A stretch of DNA of 64,000 nucleotides. It comes from Gammaproteobacteria bacterium. GTDB lineage: Bacteria; Pseudomonadota; Gammaproteobacteria; S012-40. Positions 22,684-32,962 of the stretch are shown in pieces. The notes under the pieces were generated by a model. The model did no database searches. It saw only the letters and a program-made list of their open reading frames with translations, and had not been told where the DNA came from. The stretch is taken from NCBI GenBank assembly GCA_027021445.1, contig JALUUH010000227.1, forward strand, positions 5,738-69,737, written 5' to 3'. Positions within the stretch are counted from its first letter, which is position 1; every line of letters begins with the position of its first letter. Both the position numbers and the translations under genes were made by a program.

Positions 22684-23875
22684 ACATTCTACGTCCACCG
22701 CTGCTAACCTGAAAATATTTCTCATTATCCTGACTGCGCTACCCCTATTATTTTCATGTGCTATTTCGCAAAATAAGGACCATCGAAAATACATAATTAT
22801 GGATAACGAAATATTTTTGAATAAATCGAATAATATGACTGAAAAACTGATTGTACTTAACAGTATTCATCTCAAACAGATCCATGCAGAAAATACGATA
22901 ACTCAATACTTTCAATTGAAAAATTGTAATATAACCAACGGAAATTTTAGCAACTCCCAAATATCAGAAGTTAATCTTGAACGCTGTAATTTATCCGGAA
23001 TAAATTTCTCGGGCGCTGTTCTCACAGATGTAAATTTAGCCAATAGCGACCTTGAAAACAGTAACTTTAAACATGCTATTTTAATAAATGTTAATTTAAC
23101 CGGTGCCAACCTGAGTCATTCTAATCTTAATAATGTGTATATTTATAATTCAATTCTGACTAAAAGCAATTTAACAGATACTCATGTAAAAGAAAGCTCC
23201 TTTATTCAATCACGACTTAATCACATCAATGCACAGTATGCCGATTTTTCTCATTCAGATTTGTCAAGTTTAGACATGCGTTATAGTAATTTTCTCGGCT
23301 CAACATTTAATACGATAAACTTAAGCAATAGCAATTTATACGGCGCTAATTTAAGTTATGTCAATATTTCAAAATCTAATTTAAATGGTGCTTCGTTGCA
23401 AGTTGCTAACGTCTCTTCTTCCTCGCTCGATAATTCCACATTCAACCATGTTATAGCCATTGGCGTTAGGTTCAATCGCAGTGAACTTTCGAGTATTACA
23501 TTTAACAACGCAAACCTCACCGAGGCAAGATTTGAAGAAGCAGAACTCAGCGATATCAGCTTTACACAATCTAATTTAAAGCTTGCAAACTTTGACTGGT
23601 CTCGAACAAGCAAGCTCAATTTTGAAAAATCTGATCTGACTAAGGCTAGCTTTAAGCGCGCAAAACTAAAGGCGTCCCAATTTAAATCCACCATCAACAA
23701 ATGGACAATTTTCACCATGTCCGATCTTCGCGATGCAGACTTTAGCAAGGCAAATATTCATAAAATGGATGTCAGTGGTGCAAACTTAGATAATGTCAAT
23801 TTTACCGCCACAAAAAACCGAAACTCAGTTATCGGATTAGCAAGAGCTTCTAATATAAAAACCATAATCAATTGA
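22658..23875 (+). CDS. Pentapeptide-repeat lipoprotein
   Basis: Signal peptide with a lipobox-like LLFSC, followed by about 300 aa of A(D/N)LxX-type pentapeptide repeats (NLSGINFSGAVLTDVNLANSDLENSNFKHA...). Confidence 0.85.
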   Translation: MLPKSLPNKHSTSTAANLKIFLIILTALPLLFSCAISQNKDHRKYIIMDNEIFLNKSNNMTEKLIVLNSIHLKQIHAENTITQYFQLKNCNITNGNFSNSQISEVNLERCNLSGINFSGAVLTDVNLANSDLENSNFKHAILINVNLTGANLSHSNLNNVYIYNSILTKSNLTDTHVKESSFIQSRLNHINAQYADFSHSDLSSLDMRYSNFLGSTFNTINLSNSNLYGANLSYVNISKSNLNGASLQVANVSSSSLDNSTFNHVIAIGVRFNRSELSSITFNNANLTEARFEEAELSDISFTQSNLKLANFDWSRTSKLNFEKSDLTKASFKRAKLKASQFKSTINKWTIFTMSDLRDADFSKANIHKMDVSGANLDNVNFTATKNRNSVIGLARASNIKTIIN

Positions 23876-24174
23876 TTGATTTGTTTATATTTTTTACCAT
23901 CTTCTCAACTGCTCATTGATGCCGTTGAGATCCGAAACGATGGCCAAAAATAATTCCAAAACTTTCTTGATTCTGGCTTGGCTTCTACTATAGTTATGCA
24001 AGACATCTTTTTGTTTTGGAGGAAGGCAGTTGACAAGCCGCGATATCTTGGTAGATACCCACAGTGACGATTGCGATGAGCTAAAACTGCCCTTCTCTAC
24101 CTATTATTTTGAGTCTGTAAACTTCATGTTTTGCAGGATTTAAAATGATCTGCATTTAGTTATTCTCTTCTAGA

Positions 24175-24552
24175 ATGTCAATTTCCGCTTTATCTTCACA
24201 AGGTTTTTTGTACGCGCGAGCAAATGCCGTTTCACGCAATAAAATCGCATCGAATATAATCACTCTCCCCGTCGCTGCCATAGCGAATGAAAACAATGCT
24301 CCGTTAAATAAATTCCCTCAGAAAGCAGCTAATACCACACAAAAAGCGAGTCCAGCTCCGCAGTTACCATCTAATCCAAGCACCCAGAAATTAGGTGCAT
24401 ATCAAGAATATCAAGCAGGAGTTGCCAGTCAACTCCAAATAAACAGCCATCACCCAAAGGCCCAGATCGCAATATCAAATTACAAAATAAATGAAAACTT
24501 CAATAAATTACAAGAGATACAAGAAATGCTTGGAGTGGATTTGTACGTTTAG
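24175..24552 (+). CDS. Hypothetical protein (orphan)
   Basis: 125-aa ORF with no recognisable motif. It overlaps the convergent folA 3' end by 4 nt, and its coding status is uncertain. Confidence 0.4.
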   Translation: MSISALSSQGFLYARANAVSRNKIASNIITLPVAAIANENNAPLNKFPQKAANTTQKASPAPQLPSNPSTQKLGAYQEYQAGVASQLQINSHHPKAQIAISNYKINENFNKLQEIQEMLGVDLYV

Positions 24553-25046
24553 GTAATTCTTTCCAACAAAATAAAACTATAATCATGGGGATTTTTGTCG
24601 TCCGCTGAAAAATCTTCGCATTGGCTTTCTTTCCAATCCGCTAAATCAAATTCAGGAAAAAAGGCATCCCCCTGAAAATTGCCGTGTACTTTTGTCATAT
24701 ATAAACGATCAGCATATTCTAGGGTTTGTGCATAGATTTGCTGACCGCCGATAATCATCACTTCGTCAACATCACCCGCTGCTATCATCGCATCCTCAAT
24801 TGAGCTAACAACACGGACTTGTTGATCGGGTTTATAATCCGCATCACGCGTGACTATTATATTCTTTCTGCCAGGCAGCGGCCTGCTTCCAAACGACTCA
24901 AAGGTTTTGCGCCCCATAACGATGGGCTTACCTAAAGTCGTTTTTTTGAAATACTGCAAATCTGCAGGTAATCGCCAAGGTAACTTATTATTAAAACCTA
25001 TCACGCGATTATCAGCCATCGCCCATATCAAAGATACTTTCACCAT
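24549..25046 (-). CDS. folA: Dihydrofolate reductase
   Basis: SLIWAMADNRVIGFNNKLPW..LPADLQYFKKTTLGKPIVMGRKTFESFG. Confidence 0.93.
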   Translation of the reverse strand: MVKVSLIWAMADNRVIGFNNKLPWRLPADLQYFKKTTLGKPIVMGRKTFESFGSRPLPGRKNIIVTRDADYKPDQQVRVVSSIEDAMIAAGDVDEVMIIGGQQIYAQTLEYADRLYMTKVHGNFQGDAFFPEFDLADWKESQCEDFSADDKNPHDYSFILLERIT

Positions 25047-25841
25047 TTATACCGCAACAGGTGCTCTGATCGGATCATCACAGGCATAATCGAGCAATTC
25101 AAAATCTTCATATTTGAATTCAAAGATATCACTAACATCTGGGTTAATGGTTAAGCGCGGCAATGGATGTGGTTTACGCGAAAGTTGCAATTTTACCTGT
25201 TCCAGATGATTCGAATAAATATGAGCATCACCCAGCGTATGAATAAAATCACCGACTGTTAAATTCGTCACTTGCGCAACCATATGAGTTAACAATGCAT
25301 AAGACGCAATATTGAAAGGAACTCCTAAAAACAAATCTGCACTTCGTTGATAAAGCTGGCAGGACAACTTACCATTGGCAACATAAAACTGGAAAAAGGC
25401 ATGGCAAGGAGGTAAAGCCATATTATCAATTTCGCCCACATTCCATGCAGATACAATCAATCGACGAGAATCTGGATTAGCGTGTATTTGCTTTATCAGA
25501 TGAGAAATTTGATCGATATGAGAGCCATCGGCTTGTTGCCATTGACGCCATTGTGACCCATAAACTGGGCCAAGATCACCTTTTTCATCCGCCCATTCAT
25601 CCCAAATACTCACCTTATTGTCTTGCAGGTATTTTATATTAGTATCGCCTTTAAGAAACCAAAGTAACTCATGGATAATACTGCGCAAATGCAGTTTTTT
25701 TGTGGTTACAATCGGAAAGCCTTGGGTTAAATCATATCGGGTCTGATGGCCAAAAACACTCCGTGTTCCGGTACCTGTTCGGTCTTCTTTTTGATCACCA
25801 TTTGCTAAAACATGGCGCAGTAAATCCAAATATTGTTGCAT
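25047..25841 (-). CDS. thyA: Thymidylate synthase
   Basis: 264 aa: [19 protein letters not shown]...[13 protein letters not shown]. Confidence 0.96.
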   Translation of the reverse strand: MQQYLDLLRHVLANGDQKEDRTGTGTRSVFGHQTRYDLTQGFPIVTTKKLHLRSIIHELLWFLKGDTNIKYLQDNKVSIWDEWADEKGDLGPVYGSQWRQWQQADGSHIDQISHLIKQIHANPDSRRLIVSAWNVGEIDNMALPPCHAFFQFYVANGKLSCQLYQRSADLFLGVPFNIASYALLTHMVAQVTNLTVGDFIHTLGDAHIYSNHLEQVKLQLSRKPHPLPRLTINPDVSDIFEFKYEDFELLDYACDDPIRAPVAV

Positions 25842-25843
25842 AA

Positions 25844-26728
25844 TTACTTCGACTTCTTCCCAGGTTTAGATTTGGATTTAGGTTTTGATTTCGATTTATT
25901 GACCGGCTGCTTGTCAGTGGGTGGCGCTGCGGGTATAGAATCAGGAAACTCGGCTCTTTTATAAGCAAACCACATCATAATCGCACCGACTAACACCATA
26001 GGAATTGAAAGTAATTGGCCCATCGTCATCCAATCAAACGCGATGAATCCCAAATGCGCGTCCGGCTGTCTGAAAAACTCGTTTACAATTCGGAAAAATC
26101 CCATACCGATTAAAAAGGCGGCGGACACTGCCATGGTGGGTCGTGGCTTTGCAGAATAAACCCAAAGTATTAAAAATAATACCAGCCCTTCCAATAGACC
26201 TTGATACAACATGGAAGGATGGCGTGCAAAATCGCCCGCATGCGGAAAGACCATGCCCCAAGGTACATCTGTCGCCCTACCCCATAGTTCACCATTAATG
26301 AAGTTTCCCATGCGTCCCGCGAAATAACCTAAGGGCACCAAAGGTCCAATAAAATCGATGACTTGGAAAAATGTTTTATGGGTCTTTCTCGCGAAAAGAA
26401 ACATTCCAACGAACACACCTAACATGCCACCATGGAAGGACATTCCTCCTTCCCATACACGCAACAAAATAAGTGGGTCGGAAACAAATTCGCCAAAATT
26501 ATAAAATAAGACATAGCCTATCCGGCCACCGAGAACGACGCCCAAAGCCCCGTAAAATATGACATCACTGACTTGATCTGTATTCCACGAGGAACCAGGC
26601 TTGTTGGCACGAATCTTCCCTAAATACCAAGCAATCGCAAAAGCGACCAAATACATGAGTCCATACCAATGGACTTTTATCGGGCCTAAATCAAGTGCAA
26701 CGGGATCAATTTCTGGATATATTAGCAT
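25844..26728 (-). CDS. lgt: Prolipoprotein diacylglyceryl transferase
   Basis: Lgt-like multi-TM protein ([18 protein letters not shown], [14 protein letters not shown]) with a Lys/Ser-rich C-terminal tail. Confidence 0.95.
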   Translation of the reverse strand: MLIYPEIDPVALDLGPIKVHWYGLMYLVAFAIAWYLGKIRANKPGSSWNTDQVSDVIFYGALGVVLGGRIGYVLFYNFGEFVSDPLILLRVWEGGMSFHGGMLGVFVGMFLFARKTHKTFFQVIDFIGPLVPLGYFAGRMGNFINGELWGRATDVPWGMVFPHAGDFARHPSMLYQGLLEGLVLFLILWVYSAKPRPTMAVSAAFLIGMGFFRIVNEFFRQPDAHLGFIAFDWMTMGQLLSIPMVLVGAIMMWFAYKRAEFPDSIPAAPPTDKQPVNKSKSKPKSKSKPGKKSK

Positions 26729-26829
26729 GGGGCTGATTCTAACTGATGCTTCGCTTTAAAAACAGTTTTAATAAGTCTCTATTCTTATTAAAAACAAAAT
26801 AAGGGTTAAATAACATAACCCTATAGTTG

Positions 26830-27627
26830 CTAACTTAAGTCAGATATAGAAAACAGATCTATGAAATTTTGTGTTGTTTGCGCTGCAATTTTCTCCAGCG
26901 GTTCATTTCTTAATTCAGAGATATATTCAACGACATGTCGTACGTATGCGGGCTGGTTAGGTTTACCTCGGTGGGGAACCGGGGCCAAATAAGGCGAGTC
27001 AGTCTCAATCAAGATTCGGTCATTGGGTACTTTGCGCGCCACTTCTTGTATTTGCTTGGCACTATTAAAAGTAACAATGCCCGAAAATGAAATATAAAAA
27101 CCCAGATCAAGAGCGGATTTGGCCATATCCCAGTCTTCGGTAAAACAATGCATTACTCCGCCTGCCGCACGGGCATTTTCAGTCTGCATAATATCAATAG
27201 TGTCTTTCTGGGCTTCCCGAGTGTGAATAATCAGTGGTTTTCCGCATTGTTTCGCGGCGTCAATATGACGCCGAAAACGATCACGCTGCCAATCCAGATC
27301 ACCTTCAGAGCGAAAATAATCCAGCCCGGTTTCCCCTATTGCGACAATCTTCGGTGCCTTCGCTTCCGCTAACAATTCCTCAACCGTAGGTTCATGTCCG
27401 TCATGATGATTCGGGTGAACACCTACCGACGCATACACATGCTCAAACTGCTGCGCCAAGGCTTTAACAGCAGGATAGTGCTCCATATCAATACAAACAC
27501 AAAGGAAATCTGAGACACCTTGTTCATTCGCGCGAGTCAGATAATCTTGCACTACATTAATATTCTCAGCACCTTCCAAACAGTCAAGATGACAGTGGGA
27601 ATCAATAATACGAATAGCAGAATTCAT
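26830..27627 (-). CDS. TatD-family metal-dependent hydrolase (YcfH-like)
   Basis: IDSHCHLD, AIGETGLDY, IIHTREA and ETDSPYLAP motifs. Confidence 0.9.
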   Translation of the reverse strand: MNSAIRIIDSHCHLDCLEGAENINVVQDYLTRANEQGVSDFLCVCIDMEHYPAVKALAQQFEHVYASVGVHPNHHDGHEPTVEELLAEAKAPKIVAIGETGLDYFRSEGDLDWQRDRFRRHIDAAKQCGKPLIIHTREAQKDTIDIMQTENARAAGGVMHCFTEDWDMAKSALDLGFYISFSGIVTFNSAKQIQEVARKVPNDRILIETDSPYLAPVPHRGKPNQPAYVRHVVEYISELRNEPLEKIAAQTTQNFIDLFSISDLS

Positions 27628-27767
27628 GGGGGGTTAAAACCTTTGGATAAAACAAGGCGGCTAAATTATCATGTACCCAGCAAGGGGTAAAGATCATAAT
27701 CTCACTTTTATAAAACATTAGGAATGGGTTCGCAATAACTTCCCACTACAAGCATTCAAACAAAATC

Positions 27768-28559
27768 CTAATGCTTTTGAATAATTTCATCAACGACATT
27801 TACTAAATTATGAATAAGCGCTTTGTCTTTATTTAATACATAATCAGGTTTTGCACCATGTAAATATTTTGATTCACCCGCCGAAGTAAGCGTAATTATT
27901 TTCACATCTTTATTAATCGATTCTGATGTTCGAAGAGCGCTTGTTAATGCGACGCCATTCAATCCCCTTAGAGATTTTGCCATAATTACAAAGTCATATT
28001 TTTCTTTTAATAACCGTTGCAAAGCTGTTAAGCCATCATCTACAAATACAAGTTTCACTGGAAAATCTGCCAAACTTTTTATACAGAGATCTATTATAAG
28101 ATGTGAGGATTCGACAACCATTCCAAAAATATGTTTACTGGTGGAAGTATTTCTCAATACCCGTAAATCATCTTCTATAGCAGAAAAATCGGATATCATA
28201 TTTTGGGTTGCTTCATTCGATACTCGATTAACGAGATCTACATGTTTTAGATACGCATCGATTAACATGTCATCTATTTTAGTAGAAACTCCATTACTTT
28301 CATTCAATAAGTCTTCTAAATGATGACAAATTGATGTAATAATACCAAAGCCATAAGTACCACCACTTCCTTTTAAACTATGTACCTTACGATATAATTC
28401 TTCAAATACCTCGTTAGGTGAACGGGAAGAATTTAATGCGAGTATTAAACTTTCGATTTCACTCGTGCGTTCAGGTAATTCGGCTAAATAGGTTTCTTTT
28501 AGTTGTTGAAGAAATTGATTAACATCAACCATATTTTTATTTTCAGAAGTATTATTCAT
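27768..28559 (-). CDS. Hpt domain protein fused to a degenerate receiver domain
   Basis: Hpt signature VHSLKGSGGTYGF. The C-terminal REC-like fold has VVESS in place of the acidic pair and IMAKSL in place of the phospho-Asp. I moved the start to MNNTSENK (28559) to remove the overlap with the upstream response regulator. Confidence 0.75.
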   Translation of the reverse strand: MNNTSENKNMVDVNQFLQQLKETYLAELPERTSEIESLILALNSSRSPNEVFEELYRKVHSLKGSGGTYGFGIITSICHHLEDLLNESNGVSTKIDDMLIDAYLKHVDLVNRVSNEATQNMISDFSAIEDDLRVLRNTSTSKHIFGMVVESSHLIIDLCIKSLADFPVKLVFVDDGLTALQRLLKEKYDFVIMAKSLRGLNGVALTSALRTSESINKDVKIITLTSAGESKYLHGAKPDYVLNKDKALIHNLVNVVDEIIQKH

Positions 28560-28593
28560 AGGCTCAATTTTCTCATCATCCTGACACAAAGGG

Positions 28594-28986
28594 CTAGTTT
28601 GCTTGTGATTGCCAACATGTTTGTATTTGCCCGGATAAAGCCATTGGATCAAAGGGTTTAGCAATCACCTCGATTGCACCCAATGCCTTCAATTCTTCGA
28701 CTTCATGTGGTTGCACCTTGGCCGTCATAAATATTGCGGGAGTATTTTCAAAACCGGCAATTTTTCTGAGTTCTTTAAGTGTACTTGGCCCATCAAGCCC
28801 AGGCATCATTACATCGAGAAGAAATAAGTCTGGTTGAAACTCAGACACGGTCTCTAAGGCCATGGTACCCGACTCACATAACTTCAACTCAAATCCACCG
28901 ACCGACTCTAAAGCTAACTGAGCCACCGTGCGAATATCTTTCTCGTCTTCTACTAAGAGAATTTTACCCAGTTTTTGAGAATTCAA
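28594..28986 (-). CDS. Single-domain CheY-like response regulator
   Basis: ILLVEDEKD, LFLLDVMMPGLDG, FMTAK and AKPF: all canonical receiver positions are present. Confidence 0.9.
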   Translation of the reverse strand: MNSQKLGKILLVEDEKDIRTVAQLALESVGGFELKLCESGTMALETVSEFQPDLFLLDVMMPGLDGPSTLKELRKIAGFENTPAIFMTAKVQPHEVEELKALGAIEVIAKPFDPMALSGQIQTCWQSQAN

Positions 28987-29274
28987 TAGTCTCTTTCCTT
29001 ATCATAATTTTGCCTTTATATTGCAGAAATCATTGCAAGTACCCCATCAACCGAGTCTTGATAAAGCAACAAATAAACGGCGAAAGCCTATAACGATATA
29101 TTCGATTATTACTTCGGCAATTAAGAAAATATATTAAGTACATTGGTCAACTATTAAAAGGAGATAATGATAAACAATCCTAATAGCAATACTTAAATTC
29201 TAAAGATTATAATCCTAAAGACGAAAACGATAATACCGATTAACCAATAATAAGCCAATGATCTATACAAACAG

Positions 29275-30948
29275 ATGAATTCTCCAGCTCCAGACTTATA
29301 TCAGCAACTTGAAAAATTAAAAGAAGAATACGTCTCGAGCTTACTTCCTCAGTATCTGTTTATAAATCAAGTATGGGAATCCAGAAAAATTAAATCTAAA
29401 AACCATGAAGTACTTAATAGATTGCTTTTTGATTTTCATAAGCTCGCAGGATCCGGGGCAACTTTTGGTTTCATTAAAATAACGGATACATCAAGAGCTT
29501 TAGAAACTTTATGCCATGATATTCTTAAAGAAGACAGCCTCATTTCGGATATAAAAATCAAGGAAATATCAAATCTTCTTATTTCACTCAAAAAAGTTAT
29601 TGTAGAATGCACAGCGACTATAGAAAAAACCTTACCCGCAAATAATATGACTTTATTACACGATGCGGATGAGATTTCAACTGAGACCGGCGTATCTGTT
29701 TATGTACTGGATAACAAAAAATCTATCGAAACTAATATTATTACCAAACTTAACTGCTTTGGATATCATATCGTGTTGTTTTTAACGATTGACGATATGT
29801 TAACAGCCATAAATACCACGCCTCCCAATATTGTTATTTTAGACCATGAGTTTTTATCTAAAAAAACAGTCAGTAGGATTACGACACTGCAAGACTCAAA
29901 GCGGTTTAAAACGATACTATTATCTCCCAATAATGACTTAAGCTCACGATTAGAGGCGGTAAGAATGGGATTTACCGATTTTTTGGTAAAACCTTTCGAT
30001 GTTTTTTCACTGGTAGAAAAACTAGATCTTCATATTAGTGCCAAAGATGATATGAGATACCGTATTTTAATCGTTGATGACTCCGAAGAACTATCTCGCT
30101 TCTATTCAATCACCTTGCAGCAGCATGGAATGCAAACAAGAATTGTAAATAATCCAATGTTACTCACCCAAACTCTTAACGAATTTCAACCTGAATTAAT
30201 ATTAATGGATCTGTATATGCCTAATTGTACAGGTATAGAACTCGCCACCATCATTCGACAACAACCCTCTTATATTAGCATCCCCATTGTATTTTTATCA
30301 TCAGAGACCAATGTTGACGTTCAGTTGCAAGCAATGAGTGTTGGCGGAGATGATTTTTTAACAAAGCCCATTGACCCATTATATCTTTATTCATCAGTTT
30401 CCAATCGAGCTCAACGACATCGTTATCTTCGTTCCTTTATGGTAAGAGATAGCCTCACAGGCTTATATAATCACACCAGAGTCAAGGAACTACTTGAGCA
30501 AGAGCTAGAACGCGCGAAGAGAAGAAAAACTTCATTAGTATTCGTGATGATCGATATTGATTGCTTTAAAGCGGTCAATGACACTTATGGTCATCCTACC
30601 GGTGACAAGGTCATAAAAAACTTAGCTCGACTGTTACAGCTCAACTTGCGAAAAACAGATGTTATAGGGCGTTATGGAGGAGAGGAGTTTGCCGTCATTT
30701 TGATGGATACAGACATTGAAAATGCGGTTAGAACGATTAAAAAAATTAGTGCTCTTCAAGGAAAAATGATTCATCAATCTGAAGGTAGAGAATTCAAAGT
30801 CACGATTAGTTGCGGTATAAGTTGCTACCCCAATTTTAACGACACGTATACAATTTGTAATGAGGCTGACAAAGCATTGTATTACGCAAAAAAGAGCGGG
30901 AAAAACAGTATAGTATCAAATATAAATGGAAAATTTTTAGTAAATTAA
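29275..30948 (+). CDS. Hpt-REC-REC-GGDEF diguanylate cyclase
   Basis: Hpt FHKLAGSGATFGF; REC1 (VLDNKK, IVILDHEF, VKPF); REC2 (ILIVDDSEE, LILMDLYMPNCTG, TKPI); GGDEF active site GGEEF with an RKTD I-site 5 residues upstream. Confidence 0.9.
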   Translation: MNSPAPDLYQQLEKLKEEYVSSLLPQYLFINQVWESRKIKSKNHEVLNRLLFDFHKLAGSGATFGFIKITDTSRALETLCHDILKEDSLISDIKIKEISNLLISLKKVIVECTATIEKTLPANNMTLLHDADEISTETGVSVYVLDNKKSIETNIITKLNCFGYHIVLFLTIDDMLTAINTTPPNIVILDHEFLSKKTVSRITTLQDSKRFKTILLSPNNDLSSRLEAVRMGFTDFLVKPFDVFSLVEKLDLHISAKDDMRYRILIVDDSEELSRFYSITLQQHGMQTRIVNNPMLLTQTLNEFQPELILMDLYMPNCTGIELATIIRQQPSYISIPIVFLSSETNVDVQLQAMSVGGDDFLTKPIDPLYLYSSVSNRAQRHRYLRSFMVRDSLTGLYNHTRVKELLEQELERAKRRKTSLVFVMIDIDCFKAVNDTYGHPTGDKVIKNLARLLQLNLRKTDVIGRYGGEEFAVILMDTDIENAVRTIKKISALQGKMIHQSEGREFKVTISCGISCYPNFNDTYTICNEADKALYYAKKSGKNSIVSNINGKFLVN

Positions 30949-30952
30949 TAGG

Positions 30953-32932
30953 ATGGACAGGATGAATACTAGTCTCATTAGCGTTTTATTGGTAGAGGAC
31001 GATGAAGTACATGCCGACCTGATAAGACTTGTATTCAGCACTCATAACGATACATACAACATTACTGTCGTTGATTCATTACGCGAAGCCACCCTCTATT
31101 TTAACACTCATATGCCCGATATCGTTATTACGGATTATCTATTACCTGACGGAAACGGTACCCAAATTTTAGCGAACGGTAATCAAAACCTGCCTTATCC
31201 TGTTGTTGTAATGACGGGTTTTGGAGATGAGCAAATGGCTGTAGATGTCATGAAATCTGGAGCATTAGACTATGTCGTAAAATCCAGAGATGCATTGCTC
31301 ATGCTCCCGCGCACAATCAAAAGAGTTCTTAGGGAATGGAAACACTTGGTTAGCCGAAAAAATGCAGAAACCGCACTTTATGCCAGCGAAAAAAAATTTC
31401 GTGGACTTTTTGATAACGCCTTGGATATGATTCTAATTATCAATAAAGACTTAGAAATATTGGATGCAAACGAGCAATATCTGAGTACTTTATCTTGTAC
31501 AAAAGAAGATATAATGGGGCATTCCTTTCTACGTATTATCGTTCCTGAACTCTTAGAGCAAACAGAAACAGCATTTGCAGGGCTTATGAAAGGCGTAAAA
31601 ATTAAGAGCTTCGAGACCATTTTTTTCAGCAACGATAATCAAAAAATCGATGTAGAAATTAATGCCGCACCTATTCATGAAAACGAAAAGCTGTCTTCTA
31701 TACAAATTACCTGTCGTGATATACGAGAAAGAAAACAACAAGAAAAAGAAAAAAACTGGTTAGAAAAACAACTACAACAAACCCAAAAACTACAAGCTAT
31801 AGGCCAATTGACGGGTGGCATAGCCCATGATTTTAACAACATCCTTGCTTCAATCATGGGTTATTCCAATTTAGCGCTTGAACGATTTTCCTCGCCAGAA
31901 AATAAAAAATTAACCAGCTATTTACAAGAAATATCACAAGCGGGTGAGCGCGCAAGACAGCTTATTCAACAAATGCTTTCTTTTAGTCGTGAAGGCCAAT
32001 GTACCCCCCAGGCCTTGAATCTTCCACCGCTGGTAGATGAAGTATTAGGAATGCTCACATCCATTATTCCCTCAAGCATCGAAGTTAAATTTACGGTGAC
32101 TGGAGAGATACCTGAGGCTAACACCGATCCGGTACAATTTCATCAAATATTGACTAACATATGCATCAACGCCCGTGATGCTATGCAGGGCAAAGGAAAA
32201 CTAAGCATCAACCTGCGTAAAGTTAAAAATCTAAGCTATACCTGCAGTACTTGTAACCAAAAAATTGACCGAAACTTTATCGAATTAGAAGTAACAGATA
32301 CTGGTGAAGGCATAAAACCCGAACTTCTTGAAAATATTTTTCAGCCTTTTTTTACCACCAAAGAAGTGGGTAGAGGTTCGGGGATGGGATTAGCCATGGT
32401 GCATGGAATACTACACGACCATAATGGGCACATTATTGTACATACAGAACTCGGTAAAGGAACTTCATTCCGTATGTTTTTCCCGCTCGCATCATCTGCT
32501 CCAGAAACTATGATGCACTCAGCCATTCCCAAAATTGAAAATAGTAGTAGAAAAAAACGTGTTTTAATAGTGGATGATGAAAGCGCTGTAGGCGGCGTGA
32601 TCAGGGATATTTTAAGTAATCAATCCTATGATATTACGGTAGAAAACGATGCTCAATCCGCATTAGCCCATTTTGCGAACAACCCCGACTCAATTGATGT
32701 TGTCGTTACCGACCAAATCATGCCGGGACTCACGGGACTCGAACTCGCACAATACCTGCTGCAAGTTCGTCCAGAACTCCCTATTATAATGATCACTGGG
32801 TTTAGTGATAAATTCGATGAATCAAGTGCTCTTGCAGCCGGTTTTAAAAGCTATTTAAGCAAACCCATTGATCAAAAAAAATTGATCGCAGTAGTTAATG
32901 GCTTAACTGCGAATATCAATGACCTACACTAA
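30953..32932 (+). CDS. Hybrid sensor histidine kinase (REC-PAS-HisKA-HATPase-REC)
   Basis: N-terminal receiver (LLVEDDE, VITDYLLPDGNG), PAS region, H-box GGIAHDFNNIL, ATPase boxes (DTGEGI, GSGMGLAMV), and a C-terminal receiver (VLIVDDES, VVTDQIMPGLTG, SKPI). Confidence 0.9.
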   Translation: MDRMNTSLISVLLVEDDEVHADLIRLVFSTHNDTYNITVVDSLREATLYFNTHMPDIVITDYLLPDGNGTQILANGNQNLPYPVVVMTGFGDEQMAVDVMKSGALDYVVKSRDALLMLPRTIKRVLREWKHLVSRKNAETALYASEKKFRGLFDNALDMILIINKDLEILDANEQYLSTLSCTKEDIMGHSFLRIIVPELLEQTETAFAGLMKGVKIKSFETIFFSNDNQKIDVEINAAPIHENEKLSSIQITCRDIRERKQQEKEKNWLEKQLQQTQKLQAIGQLTGGIAHDFNNILASIMGYSNLALERFSSPENKKLTSYLQEISQAGERARQLIQQMLSFSREGQCTPQALNLPPLVDEVLGMLTSIIPSSIEVKFTVTGEIPEANTDPVQFHQILTNICINARDAMQGKGKLSINLRKVKNLSYTCSTCNQKIDRNFIELEVTDTGEGIKPELLENIFQPFFTTKEVGRGSGMGLAMVHGILHDHNGHIIVHTELGKGTSFRMFFPLASSAPETMMHSAIPKIENSSRKKRVLIVDDESAVGGVIRDILSNQSYDITVENDAQSALAHFANNPDSIDVVVTDQIMPGLTGLELAQYLLQVRPELPIIMITGFSDKFDESSALAAGFKSYLSKPIDQKKLIAVVNGLTANINDLH

Positions 32933-32962
32933 AGCAATAATAAAATAGGCGTAAGTTTTTTT

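Noticed and set aside
23900-23928. TCTCAAC-N14-GTTGAGA hairpin after the pentapeptide gene as a terminator
   Set aside because: The stem is a weak 7 bp, the loop is large, and no T-tract follows.
25844-25930. Tandem-looking DNA repeat (TTTAGATTTGGATTTAGGTTTTGATTTCGATTT)
   Set aside because: It encodes the Lys/Ser-rich C-terminal tail of Lgt ([17 protein letters not shown]). This is low-complexity coding sequence, not an independent repeat element.
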